A DNA stretch of 53,265 nucleotides. It comes from Myxococcota bacterium (GTDB lineage Bacteria > Myxococcota_A > UBA796 > CAJQPC01). The position numbers and the translations under genes are program-made. This document shows, in pieces, positions 23,602-33,027 of the stretch. Where the stretch lies: NCBI GenBank assembly GCA_036012755.1, contig DASCPX010000245.1, forward strand, positions 1 through 53,265, given 5' to 3'. Positions within the stretch are counted from its first letter, which is position 1. Each line of letters starts with the position of its first letter. Under the pieces are notes generated by a model that made no database searches, was not told the DNA's origin, and saw only the letters and a list, made by a program, of their open reading frames with translations.

Positions 23602-25461
23602 ATGGATCTCTCGGTCCCCACCTGCCAGTCGGCTCTTCGACCCCTCGTCAACGCACTCCCCGAGCGGATCGAGCTGGCGGAGCTGGCCGCCGGACGCAAG
23701 GCTGTCGAGTGGACCAACGGCGTGCTGCTGAGCCTCGCCGCCGGACGCGAGGTCGCCGCTGCGCTGCTCGTCAATGGCCTGTCGCTGCTGCCTGGCGCCG
23801 GGCTTGTGGCCGCGGTGGCCCCGCGGTGCTCCGGGGATGTCGGGGGCGCGCTCCTCGAAGCGGTCCGTGATGGCCGCCTGACGCCGCTGCACGCCGCGGT
23901 AGCCTTGCGTATCGCTGCCCGCACCAGGCGCGTCGAGGCCTGTGGGCTCGCCCGCTCGATGATCCGCCGCGAGCAGATCGCGGACGTCGAGGACATCGTC
24001 AGCGGCATGGCCAAGGAGCTCGACGACACCGGGCTCCTCGAGGTCCTTCAGCGCGAAGGTGTCCCCCTCCCGCCCGCGGACAACGCTCGCCGGCTCGAGA
24101 GCCTCGACGCCCTTGCCACCGGCGACGTGCTGGACGCGCTGCCGATGGACCCGCCACCGAGCTCGACGAGCGGCTTCACCGTCAAGCGTGCAGGCACGAA
24201 GATCGGCCGGAACGACGCCTGCCCCTGCGGCAGCGGCAAGAAGTTCAAGAAGTGCCACTCCGGGCGCGAGGACGAGCTCGAGGTCCTCTCCCAGGAGCGC
24301 CTCTTCTCGATGACCGGGCCGGAGCTCGCGAACCTCGAGGGGGTCCCCGCCGAGCTCCTCTCCGACCACGCTCGGGCCTTGATTCGTCGCCTGGAGCTGG
24401 AGCACGCCACGGAGCTGATCGAGCAGGGCGATCTCCCCGACGAGCTCGTCGACGAGGCCCTGGCACACGCCGCTTTCCTCGGGCGTGACGAGCTGATCCC
24501 ACGCCTCGCCTCCCGCACGGAGGCGCCCCTCCCGCTGGCGGTTCGGCTCCGCGTCGCCGAGGATCCCCTGGATGTCCTCGACGACGCCGCGCGCCGGGAG
24601 ACACCGCTGGAGGTGGCCTACGGCGCCCTCGACGGGGGCGCCCCGGCGCTCGCCATCGGGCTGCTGCGCGGCTTGATCCCCATCGCCGACAGGGAGCAGG
24701 CTCCGGAGCTCTTCTGCGCCTTGCTGGAGACGCGGGATCGCCTCGGGCTGGACCCCGTCGACCCGATCGAGGCTCACCTCGCGCGCTTCGAGGGTTGGGG
24801 CGGCAAGGTCGAGGACCTCGTCGCGAAGGAGCGCGCGGAGCGTGATCGCATCAAGAAGGAGCTGGACTCGCTGAGGGTGGAGGCCTCTCGGATGCGCGCT
24901 GCGCTCGGGAAGAAGCCCCGGGCAACCCAGCGCTCCGTCGTCGCCACTCCGTCCGCCGTGGACGACCGTGAGCTGGCGGATCTCCGCTCCAAGCTCGCCC
25001 TGCTCAAGAGCCAGCACAAGGCGGTGCACGAGGATCGCAACCGCCTGCGGCGCCACATCAAGGAGCTCCAAGCCGAGGTTCCCGAGACCGCTGTCGCGGA
25101 GGCGGAGGTCGCACCAGACGACGTCGATACGGAGATCGAAGACGCCACCGTCGGGAGACAGCCCCTCCGGATCCCGAGCTTCGACACGGCCTTCGAAAAA
25201 GCGCTCGGCGAGCTGCCCGAGCACGTGCAGCGAGGCGCCGTCGAGCTCATCGGACGCCTGTCGGCTGGGCGGGACGACGCCTTCCACAACGCCCGGCCCC
25301 TGCGCGGAATGCGCGAGGTCTGGCGGGTCCGGCTCATGCGCAGCTACCGCATCCTGTTCCTCCCAGAGGACGATCGCCTCCGCGTCCTGGACATCCTCCA
25401 CCGGCAGGATCTGGAGCGCCGGATCCGAGTTCTCTGGAAGCAGGGGGTCCCGCCCGGATAG
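23602..25461 (+). CDS. SEC-C motif protein with a coiled coil and a C-terminal RelE/ParE-like domain
   Basis: KIGRNDACPCGSGKKFKKCH; heptad-rich segment; C-terminal F...FEKAL..LP...VWRVRLMRSYRILF...LRVLDILHRQDL. Confidence 0.8.
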   Translation: MDLSVPTCQSALRPLVNALPERIELAELAAGRKAVEWTNGVLLSLAAGREVAAALLVNGLSLLPGAGLVAAVAPRCSGDVGGALLEAVRDGRLTPLHAAVALRIAARTRRVEACGLARSMIRREQIADVEDIVSGMAKELDDTGLLEVLQREGVPLPPADNARRLESLDALATGDVLDALPMDPPPSSTSGFTVKRAGTKIGRNDACPCGSGKKFKKCHSGREDELEVLSQERLFSMTGPELANLEGVPAELLSDHARALIRRLELEHATELIEQGDLPDELVDEALAHAAFLGRDELIPRLASRTEAPLPLAVRLRVAEDPLDVLDDAARRETPLEVAYGALDGGAPALAIGLLRGLIPIADREQAPELFCALLETRDRLGLDPVDPIEAHLARFEGWGGKVEDLVAKERAERDRIKKELDSLRVEASRMRAALGKKPRATQRSVVATPSAVDDRELADLRSKLALLKSQHKAVHEDRNRLRRHIKELQAEVPETAVAEAEVAPDDVDTEIEDATVGRQPLRIPSFDTAFEKALGELPEHVQRGAVELIGRLSAGRDDAFHNARPLRGMREVWRVRLMRSYRILFLPEDDRLRVLDILHRQDLERRIRVLWKQGVPPG

Positions 25462-25471
25462 TGTCGCCCTC

Positions 25472-26329
25472 ATGTGGCTGTTGGCCTGCGTCGCCCCCTC
25501 CGATGACATCCAGCACCCGATCCGCCGCGGACCGGGCGGCGAGCTCGACTCGGTGAGTGAACACCTCGACGACACTGGCGAGCCGCCCGACGACACTGGC
25601 GAGCCGCCCGACGACACGGGTGAGCCTCCTGACGACACGGGTGAGCCTCCGGAGGAGCAGGAGTGTCCGCCAGAGCCTGCGCACGACTCCCCTGATCCAC
25701 CCACAGAAGCGTGCTCGTACATGGACTGGGACCTGTCGCCGGATGGCTGGTACCTGGTCAGCAAGTTCGGCACGAGCTGGGACTCGACGACCTGGGGCGG
25801 GACCACGACCTGCGGGTGGTTGCAGGCGACCTACGACTACTACGACTGCCGCTACGACTCTGGAAGAGGCGAGTGTCTGGACGACGACATGGACATCGCC
25901 TGGGTCCAGGGGCACGTGGACCACGACTACGACGCCGTCATCGCTGACGCTCACGTCGGAAACCACCCCGAGTACTTCTACGTCGCCGACTCCCAACGCT
26001 TCGGGTGTGGGACGACGCTGCGGGTCCACTACGGCAGCAAGTGCCTCGTGGTCTTTACAGAGGACGGCGGTCCGAACACGACCTACGAGGGCGCCGGCTA
26101 CGGGGGGCGTCGCATCCTCGACTCCTCCCCGGCCGTCATCGAGGCGCTGGGCGTGGTCAACCACGGCTGGGGCAACAGCGACCTGGTCTTCGTCGAGTTC
26201 GGCAAGTCCACCGACGTGCCCGGTCAACGCTGCGAGGACGAGTGCTCCGCCCTGGCGGCGATGGCAGGGAACGAAGAGGGGCGGTCTCCGTGGGACCCTG
26301 ATCACATGACGGGCATCGACTGCCGCTGA
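25472..26329 (+). CDS. Lipoprotein with a C-terminal RlpA/expansin-like double-psi beta-barrel
   Basis: MWLLAC; FGCGTTLRV...CLVVFTEDGGP...RILDSSPAVIEALG fits the DPBB pattern. Confidence 0.7.
   Translation: MWLLACVAPSDDIQHPIRRGPGGELDSVSEHLDDTGEPPDDTGEPPDDTGEPPDDTGEPPEEQECPPEPAHDSPDPPTEACSYMDWDLSPDGWYLVSKFGTSWDSTTWGGTTTCGWLQATYDYYDCRYDSGRGECLDDDMDIAWVQGHVDHDYDAVIADAHVGNHPEYFYVADSQRFGCGTTLRVHYGSKCLVVFTEDGGPNTTYEGAGYGGRRILDSSPAVIEALGVVNHGWGNSDLVFVEFGKSTDVPGQRCEDECSALAAMAGNEEGRSPWDPDHMTGIDCR
25568..25651 (+). repeat. In-frame tandem repeat, 4 x 21 nt (DDTGEPP)
   Basis: GACGACACTGGCGAGCCGCCC x2, then GACGACACGGGTGAGCCTCC(T/G) x2. Confidence 0.9.
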
Positions 26330-26367
26330 GTCTGGGGTAGAGTCCTGCCAGGCACCGAGGAGAGCGC

Positions 26368-27414
26368 ATGCTGCTCCTGCTCGTCGCCTGCACGGACTAC
26401 CAGCTCGGGACCTCGATGGACGGGGTCGAGGGCTGGGACGACAGCTGGACCGACGAGCCGACGGACGGTGCGGCGAACATCCAGGTCCTTCCGGATCCCT
26501 TCGACTTCGGCACGGTCGCCACCCTGTGCGGGGAGTCGAGCTTCCCCTTCTTCATCCGCAACGTCGGGAACGAGCCGCTGCTCGTCGAGGTCGTCGAGCT
26601 GAGCGACGCCACCTGGGAGGTCACCTTCGACGTGCCCAAGCTGCCCGACACCCTCCAGGCCGGCGAGTGGGTCAGCGGCACGGCCACCTACGTGCCAGAG
26701 GTGCACGGCGGCCCCTCCGGCGTCTTCTCCGTGCTGTCCGACGATCCGGACGCTCCGGTGATCGATCGGCCGCTGGGAGGCGACTCCTGCGGAGACATCG
26801 ACGGAGACGGGCTCTGCGATGGCAGCGATCCGGACCGCGATGGAGACGGCATCGACGATGCAGACGATCCCTTCCCGGAGCACATCGTCGTCGACGACGT
26901 CCACGTCGGCTTCGACGGGCTCGCGGTGGGGACGCGCGTGCTCGAGCAGTACGCCGATCTCGGCGTCCACCTCCTGGGCGGCGGAGCCCCCGGTGAGGGC
27001 TACGACACGAACGTCGTCGAGCGAGGCGCCACCTGCACGACCGCCGTGCTGTCGTCCTCGCCGAACGTGCTCTGTACCTATGTCGCCGAGGGCTTCAACC
27101 ACGCCGGAGAGCCTGGCTTCGCCGGCTGGCTCGACGAGCGGGCCGATGCCATCATCGTGCGGCTGTACAACGCTGGCCTCAGCTATGCGGCGACCAACGG
27201 CGCAGACCGGGACCAGGCCACTTTGGTGACCTACGACGTCGACGGCACCGAGCTCGGTACACACACGGCGCTGGCGGACACGGACTCCGGTGAGGAGTAC
27301 CTCGACCTGGTGGTGATGGGGGAGGACGCGCTGTCCTTCGAGCTCTTCACCGGGGACTTCGACGCGGTGGACGACCTCTACGTCTTCCGTCTCGATCAGC
27401 CGGAGTGCAACTGA
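26368..27414 (+). CDS. Lipoprotein with an Ig-like (choice-of-anchor D/ASH-type) domain and TSP3-like Ca-binding repeats
   Basis: MLLLLVAC; P..FDFG.V...IRNVG..PL...SDDPD; DIDGDG.CD..DPDRDGDGIDD..DPFP. Confidence 0.8.
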   Translation: MLLLLVACTDYQLGTSMDGVEGWDDSWTDEPTDGAANIQVLPDPFDFGTVATLCGESSFPFFIRNVGNEPLLVEVVELSDATWEVTFDVPKLPDTLQAGEWVSGTATYVPEVHGGPSGVFSVLSDDPDAPVIDRPLGGDSCGDIDGDGLCDGSDPDRDGDGIDDADDPFPEHIVVDDVHVGFDGLAVGTRVLEQYADLGVHLLGGGAPGEGYDTNVVERGATCTTAVLSSSPNVLCTYVAEGFNHAGEPGFAGWLDERADAIIVRLYNAGLSYAATNGADRDQATLVTYDVDGTELGTHTALADTDSGEEYLDLVVMGEDALSFELFTGDFDAVDDLYVFRLDQPECN

Positions 27415-27959
27415 TGCTGGCCCTGATCCTGGCTTGCACCAGCCCCGACTCCGATGTCCAGCACCCCGAGAGGATGGACCGCCTCGTCGGAGAGGAGCGC
27501 CCCGAGGGCCTCGACAGCCAGCAGCAGCTCGAGGAAGAGGACAGCGACCCCGTCGAGCAGGTCGACACCTCGCCGCCGGAGCCGACGCTGGCCTGGGTCT
27601 GCTACGAGGAGATCCGCAACGGCTCGGAGATCTGCGACGACGCGAGCTTCGGAGTGCCCGACCCCTACGTGCCGCTCGCCATCAAGTGCGTCACCGGGGA
27701 AGGGGGTGTCGGCTACGTCAGCGCCAACACGGGCCCGACGATGAGCGACGGCATCGCGCGCTGCCAGGGGTGGGAGGAAAACGGCGACAACGCCTGGGAT
27801 CACCTGGACTACCTCGACCAGATCGTCTGCACCGCCACCGACCAGATCCATGAGATCGACCTCTCGTCCCGCGCTGGAGCCAACCTCTGGGTCGGCGTCC
27901 ACGACCTGCCCGCAGGAGGTGGACACTTCACCCACGTGTGCATCGCCCACTGGGAGTAG
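27414..27959 (+). CDS. Hypothetical Cys-containing lipoprotein
   Basis: TGATG coupling at 27412-27416; N-terminus MLALILAC. Confidence 0.75.
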   Translation: MLALILACTSPDSDVQHPERMDRLVGEERPEGLDSQQQLEEEDSDPVEQVDTSPPEPTLAWVCYEEIRNGSEICDDASFGVPDPYVPLAIKCVTGEGGVGYVSANTGPTMSDGIARCQGWEENGDNAWDHLDYLDQIVCTATDQIHEIDLSSRAGANLWVGVHDLPAGGGHFTHVCIAHWE

Positions 27960-27960
27960 C

Positions 27961-29442
27961 TCACCGCTCGTCGTGTTCCTGGCCCATGGACTTCAGCATG
28001 CAGACGATGTGCAGGAGCAGGATGATCGTGAAGGGCAGGGCGCCCACCAGCGCCAGGGCCTTGAGCACGGGGATGCCTCCGCCCGAGAGCAGGCCCACTG
28101 CTGCGATGCCGGTCAGGACGAGACCCCAGAGCAGCTTGCGCCGCACGGGGGGGTCGGGGTCGCCTCTGGTGGTCAGCATGCCCAGCACGTAGGAAGCGCT
28201 GTCTGCGCTCGTGACGAGGAAGACGAACAGCAGCACCAGCGCCGTGACGCTCAGGACGCCGCTGCCGGGCAGGTGGGAGAAGAGGGTGAACAGCGCGGTC
28301 GTGACGTCCTCGACGACGGCGTCTCCGAGTCCGCCCGGTCCAAAGAGCTCGATGTGGAGCCCGGTGCCGCCGAAGACCGCGAACCAGAGCATCGAGAAGA
28401 TGGTGGGGACGCAGACGACGGCGATGAGGAAGCCACGCACTGTCCTCCCCTTGCTGATCCGCGCGATGAAGATCCCGACGAATGGCACCCAGGCGATCCA
28501 CCACATCAGGTAGGTGAGGGTCCAGTCGTGTGACCACTTCTGCTCGCCTTCGAATGGGTAGAGGCGGGTCGAGAGCCCGACGAGCTGGCTGGCGTAGTCC
28601 CCGACGCTGCTCGTGAAGGTGCGCATCAGGAAGCTCGTCGGGCCGACGGCGACCACGTACAGCAGCATGCAGATGGCGATGCCGAGGTTCAGGTTCGAGA
28701 GGATGCGGATGCCCTTGTCCAGGCTCGTCGAGGCCGAGGCCATGTAGGCGGCGCACAGGGTGCACAGGATCGCCACCGCTATGGGGATGGACTCGGCAGA
28801 GGTGCCGAAGACCTCTGAGATCCCGGCTCGCATCTGCAGGGTGCCCATGCCCAGGGACGCCGCGACGCCGAAGACGACGCTCACGACCGCGATGACGTCC
28901 GCGACGGCGCCGAGCCACGAAAGGCGAGGAAACACCGTCGTGATCGGAGCGCTCGGAAGGAACCCTCGGCCCTTGGCGAAGCCGAACCAGGCGAGCACGA
29001 GCGCGCCGACGCCGTAGATCGCCCATGCGTGGAGTCCCCAGTGGAAGTTGGTGACGACCAGGGCCTGCCTCGCGGCTTCCGCCGTCCCGGCGGTCTGGCC
29101 TGGCGGAGGCGAAGTGAAGTGCCAGAGGGGCTCGGCGACTCCCCAGAACACGAGCCCGGATCCCATCCCCGCAGCGAAGAGCATCGACAGCCACGAGGCC
29201 GTGCTGAACTCGGGCTCGTCCTCTGGTCGGCCGAGCTTCAGGCTGCCCCAGGGGGACAAGGCCATGCCTGCAGCGAGGACCAGCAGTCCGGCGGTCACCA
29301 GCAGGTAGAACCAGTCGAAGCCATCGAAGGTGGCGCTGACCAGGGCCTGGATGGCTTCGGTGACCTGCTTGGGCATGGCGATGCCAGCGATGGCGACGAG
29401 CCCGCAGCACAGGAGGGAGACGATGAAGACCGAGGCTCGCAC
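27961..29442 (-). CDS. BCCT family (betaine/choline/carnitine) transporter
   Basis: SWLSMLFAAGMG.GLVFWGVAEP, FHWGLHAWAIY, WW.AW.PFVGIFIARIS.GRT, TSADSA. Confidence 0.95.
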   Translation of the reverse strand: MRASVFIVSLLCCGLVAIAGIAMPKQVTEAIQALVSATFDGFDWFYLLVTAGLLVLAAGMALSPWGSLKLGRPEDEPEFSTASWLSMLFAAGMGSGLVFWGVAEPLWHFTSPPPGQTAGTAEAARQALVVTNFHWGLHAWAIYGVGALVLAWFGFAKGRGFLPSAPITTVFPRLSWLGAVADVIAVVSVVFGVAASLGMGTLQMRAGISEVFGTSAESIPIAVAILCTLCAAYMASASTSLDKGIRILSNLNLGIAICMLLYVVAVGPTSFLMRTFTSSVGDYASQLVGLSTRLYPFEGEQKWSHDWTLTYLMWWIAWVPFVGIFIARISKGRTVRGFLIAVVCVPTIFSMLWFAVFGGTGLHIELFGPGGLGDAVVEDVTTALFTLFSHLPGSGVLSVTALVLLFVFLVTSADSASYVLGMLTTRGDPDPPVRRKLLWGLVLTGIAAVGLLSGGGIPVLKALALVGALPFTIILLLHIVCMLKSMGQEHDER

Positions 29443-29912
29443 TATCGGACGTCCATGACTTCGAGCTCGACCCTTCCACCAGGGCTGTCGAACTCGAAGG
29501 AGTCGCCTCGTCGGAGGTCGGCCATGGCCGACCCGATCGGAGAGCTCGGAGAGACGATCCGGATGCGTCTGCCGTCGACCTCGACGGCACCTCCACCGAC
29601 AGGCGCAAGGAAGATGAGCTCTTCACGCTCGCCGTCGAGCAGCACCAGGGCACCGAGCTGGACGTATTCGAGGTCCACGGCTCGGAGCGCGGCGTACCAC
29701 GCGGCGAGACGGCGCAGCTCGGCGACCCTCCAGGCCTGCCCGCGGGCGAGGTAGGAGGCCTCTGTCGCGCGGGTGTCGTACTTGCCCTCCTGCCGGGTCT
29801 CCGCCGAGCCGACCTCGTCGCGGGCGGCTCCGGCGCTGGCCTCGACGCCGGCCAGGGTGATCTCCGTCGCCGTTCTCAGGGCGGCGACGACAGCGGGCTT
29901 CGAGGGGAGCAT
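29442..29912 (-). CDS. GreA/GreB-like elongation factor
   Basis: E.KYDTR..EASYLARGQA and the C-terminal SP.SPIG.A...GD.F motif. Confidence 0.85.
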   Translation of the reverse strand: MLPSKPAVVAALRTATEITLAGVEASAGAARDEVGSAETRQEGKYDTRATEASYLARGQAWRVAELRRLAAWYAALRAVDLEYVQLGALVLLDGEREELIFLAPVGGGAVEVDGRRIRIVSPSSPIGSAMADLRRGDSFEFDSPGGRVELEVMDVR

Positions 29913-29968
29913 CGGCGCGCATCGTAGCGTTGACGCCATCCGGGGACCTTCGGTACGTTGTCCGACTG

Positions 29969-31147
29969 ATGCAGGCAAACAATCCATCCAGCCACATCCA
30001 CCACGCGGATCGGTCTCCGACGCCCTCTGCTGTTCGGGTGGTGGCGGAGGCCTGGGCCAGCTCGCGCTCGGGTGTGCTCCACGTTGGCCAGAACCGGATC
30101 GAGCTGCTCCACGGCGAACCACGAGACGACGCCGCGCTCCAGCTGGTCGTCGACGCGCTGTACGCGCACGAGCCACCGCGCTTCGAGGAAGGGGAGCACA
30201 CCGACGCGGTGGCGCCACGGCTGGCGACCGAGCTCTGGGTCGCTGCGAGCCGCCTCGCCGACCGCGGCGTGCTCAAGGGGCGTGCCCAGGCTGTGGTCAA
30301 GCCTCGACCCGCACTTCATCGCGCGGCGGCCTTCCCGCTCGGCCCGGACACCAGCGACGTGCTCGGTCGAATCGGCAGCGTGCGCTTCCGGCTCGCTGAC
30401 ACGGTGCGGATCGAGAAGGGCCGCCGCCGCGTGGTCCTCGACGACCTGGTGGCGCTGGAGATCCTCGACCTCGTCGTGATCGCCGACGGGGAAGCGAGCC
30501 GGCAGTCGAAGCCGCAGCACTCAGACGCGGAGCAACGGCTCCGGGTCGAGTGGAAGGCGATGCAGGGGGCTGACCCGTGGGCGGTGCTGGGCTGCAACCC
30601 TGGCATGGGACGGGGCCCCGTCGAGGACGCCACCCAGCGTCTTGCGGAGGGCTACCGCCGGCTGAGCTCCGATTCCCGACTGTCTCCCAAGGGGCGAGCG
30701 CTGGCGGCGCGAGTCCTGGCGAAGGTGCTCGACGCCCGGGCACAGGTCATCTCGGCCGCTGTCCAGGTCCAGCCCCTCGGTCCCCTCGAGCAGGGCCTCC
30801 AGGAGCTCGACGCCGGTCGTCACACGAACGCGATGAAGTGCTTCCAGGTCGCGAACCAGGAGCGCTACTCCCCCCGTTTCATCGCCTGGCTCGGCTTCGC
30901 CCTCTACTACGACCAGACCCGCGATCTCGCCCGCCGCCAGCGCAAGGGTCGGAAACTCATCGAGCAGGCGCTCGAAGAGGGCCAGCACCAGGGCGACGCG
31001 GGCTACCTGTTGGCCCACATCCTCTACGAGGAGCGCGAGCTCGTGCGAGCCTGGACCTACCTGGACCGCGTTCTCGGCCGGTTCCCTGATCACAGCAGGG
31101 CCACCGAGCTGCGAGAGACGGTCAAGCGCGAGCTGCCGCGGACCTAG
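29969..31147 (+). CDS. Degenerate J-domain-like + TPR protein (paralogue of 14584-15828)
   Basis: ADPWAVLGC...Y (no HPD) and TPR-like IAWLGFALYYD; collinear similarity to the 14584 protein. Confidence 0.7.
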   Translation: MQANNPSSHIHHADRSPTPSAVRVVAEAWASSRSGVLHVGQNRIELLHGEPRDDAALQLVVDALYAHEPPRFEEGEHTDAVAPRLATELWVAASRLADRGVLKGRAQAVVKPRPALHRAAAFPLGPDTSDVLGRIGSVRFRLADTVRIEKGRRRVVLDDLVALEILDLVVIADGEASRQSKPQHSDAEQRLRVEWKAMQGADPWAVLGCNPGMGRGPVEDATQRLAEGYRRLSSDSRLSPKGRALAARVLAKVLDARAQVISAAVQVQPLGPLEQGLQELDAGRHTNAMKCFQVANQERYSPRFIAWLGFALYYDQTRDLARRQRKGRKLIEQALEEGQHQGDAGYLLAHILYEERELVRAWTYLDRVLGRFPDHSRATELRETVKRELPRT

Positions 31148-31642
31148 ATGCGTCGCAGGGACCTCTTCACGGGCGGCTTTGCGCTGGCCGCCATCACCCT
31201 GCTGGCTCGGCCGGCCGAGGCCTCCCGCCGGGACCGCGTGCTGTTGGCTGCGGCGCTAGCGATGGTCGGCCCCGAAGGCGAGCGCACCTTCGAGGAGGGA
31301 CGCTGGGATCCCGTCGGTGACGCGGACCTGCTCCTCGGGCGCCTGGCTCCGGACCAGCGGCGTCTCCTGAACGTCGCGTTCCGTCTCCTGGATGGCTGGC
31401 CCAAGGGGTGGAGATCGTTCAGCAAGCTCTCTGTCGAGCAGCGCAGGCACTGGCTCGCTCTCTGGCGGGTATCGGACAACGCGCTCCAGCGCTCGGTCTG
31501 GGGTGTCCTCCACTCGATCGCCTGCAGTTCCTTTTCGTCGGGACCTGCGTGGGAGCTCATGGAGTACCCGGGCCCCAACGTCGGCACATCCCGACCGCTG
31601 GGCCAGACGGTGCTCTTCGAGTGGGACGAGGTGGTTCCTTGA
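31148..31642 (+). CDS. Tat-signal small partner of a GMC oxidoreductase (gluconate 2-dehydrogenase subunit 3-like)
   Basis: MRRRDLF twin-arginine motif; FSKLS.EQR...L..W...W..MEYPGP; directly upstream of the GMC gene. Confidence 0.7.
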   Translation: MRRRDLFTGGFALAAITLLARPAEASRRDRVLLAAALAMVGPEGERTFEEGRWDPVGDADLLLGRLAPDQRRLLNVAFRLLDGWPKGWRSFSKLSVEQRRHWLALWRVSDNALQRSVWGVLHSIACSSFSSGPAWELMEYPGPNVGTSRPLGQTVLFEWDEVVP

Positions 31643-33027
31643 CCTTCGAGGCCATCGTCGTCGGCTCCGGAGCAGGGGGCGCCCCCGCTGCCGCGCGGCT
31701 CGCCGCGAAGTGGGGCGATGGCGTGGCCCTGGTCGAGGCGGGACCGCACTTTTTGCACGGTGACTTCACCCAGCTGGAGCGGGAGATGATCCCGGCGCTC
31801 TACGCGAGAGCGGGCCTGCAGGGCACAGAGGACGGCGCGCTGAGCGTGCTCCAGGGCTCCTGCGTCGGCGGCTCCACCGTCGTGAACGACGCGGTCTGCT
31901 TCAGGCCCCCGCCCGAGGTCGAAGAGCGCTGGCGCGCCCACGGCATGGAGATCTCGCTGGAGGCGCTGGCGCCCTACGTCGACGAGGTCGAGCGGGTGAT
32001 GGGTGTGTCGCAGATCCCTCGCTCGATGGTGAACCGGGCGAACTACCTCGTGGGTCTGGGCGCCGCCCGGCTCGGCTGGCACGGGGAGCGCCTGCGACAC
32101 AACAGCCCGGGCTGCGTCCAGTGCGGCTTCCGCCACGTCGGCTGCGCCTACGATCTCAAGCGCTCGATGAACATCAGCTTCGTGCCTCTGGCCCTGGAAG
32201 CCGGCTGCGTGCTCCTCGCCGACACGAGGGTCTCCCACCTGGTCCGGCGTGACGGTCACTGGGAGGTCCACACCGACACGGACACCCTGCGCGCCAAGCG
32301 CGTGGTCCTCGCCGCTGGAGTGGTCCAGACCCCGGCGATCCTGCTGCGAAGCGGAATCGAAGCGGGGGAGGGGGTCCAGTTCCACGTGACCACGAACGTC
32401 TACGGCGAGTTCGAGGAGCGCGTCGACGGCTTCGCTGGAATCCCGATGTCGTACGGGGTCCTCGAGTTCTCCGACGTCTTCGGGCACACGGGACCGGGCT
32501 TCGCGATCGAGGCCTCGAACGTCCAGCCGCTTGCGTACTCGGTCCAGCCCCAGTTCGAGGGCATCGGTCACGAGGAGGCGCTGAGGCGCTACGCCCACAT
32601 GGCCGGAGCCATTGGCCTGGTGCGCAGCGCTGCTCGCGGGCGTGTCCGCTTGAAGGGCAGCCGCCCAGCCATCGACTACCCCCTGGTAGAGGCCGACACG
32701 ACCCGCCTGGTCGAGTTCCTACGCCGCATGACCGAGCTCTTCATCGCCGCCGGGGCCACCCGCGTCCTGCTGCCCCACCGCGGCACGCGCTGGGTCACGG
32801 AGCCGCCGGGGGACCTGCGGATGGAAGCCGGGTGGGCCGGGATCTACACGCCACACCCCTTCGGAGGTGCCAACCGTGGCTCGGTCACCGACGCCGTCGG
32901 GCGGGTCCGCGACGAGGACGATCTCTGGGTCCTGGACGGCTCGGCGATCCCAGAGGCCATCGGGGTGAACCCCCAGATCTCGATCGCCTCGCTTGCGCTC
33001 GAGGGCGCCGACCGGATCCTGGCTTAG
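31639..33027 (+). CDS. GMC family FAD oxidoreductase
   Basis: IVVGSGAGG, LVEAG, GGSTVVN, VLAAG...TP.ILLRSG, GVNPQISI; TTG start overlaps the upstream stop. Confidence 0.92.
   Translation: MTFEAIVVGSGAGGAPAAARLAAKWGDGVALVEAGPHFLHGDFTQLEREMIPALYARAGLQGTEDGALSVLQGSCVGGSTVVNDAVCFRPPPEVEERWRAHGMEISLEALAPYVDEVERVMGVSQIPRSMVNRANYLVGLGAARLGWHGERLRHNSPGCVQCGFRHVGCAYDLKRSMNISFVPLALEAGCVLLADTRVSHLVRRDGHWEVHTDTDTLRAKRVVLAAGVVQTPAILLRSGIEAGEGVQFHVTTNVYGEFEERVDGFAGIPMSYGVLEFSDVFGHTGPGFAIEASNVQPLAYSVQPQFEGIGHEEALRRYAHMAGAIGLVRSAARGRVRLKGSRPAIDYPLVEADTTRLVEFLRRMTELFIAAGATRVLLPHRGTRWVTEPPGDLRMEAGWAGIYTPHPFGGANRGSVTDAVGRVRDEDDLWVLDGSAIPEAIGVNPQISIASLALEGADRILA

Noticed and set aside
22722..25461. Plasmid or prophage partition plus addiction module
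   Set aside because: No parB, rep, integrase, att sites or compositional shift; the surrounding genes look chromosomal.
25568..25651. 21-nt repeats as a CRISPR or other non-coding array
   Set aside because: No spacers, in frame, and variation is at synonymous positions.
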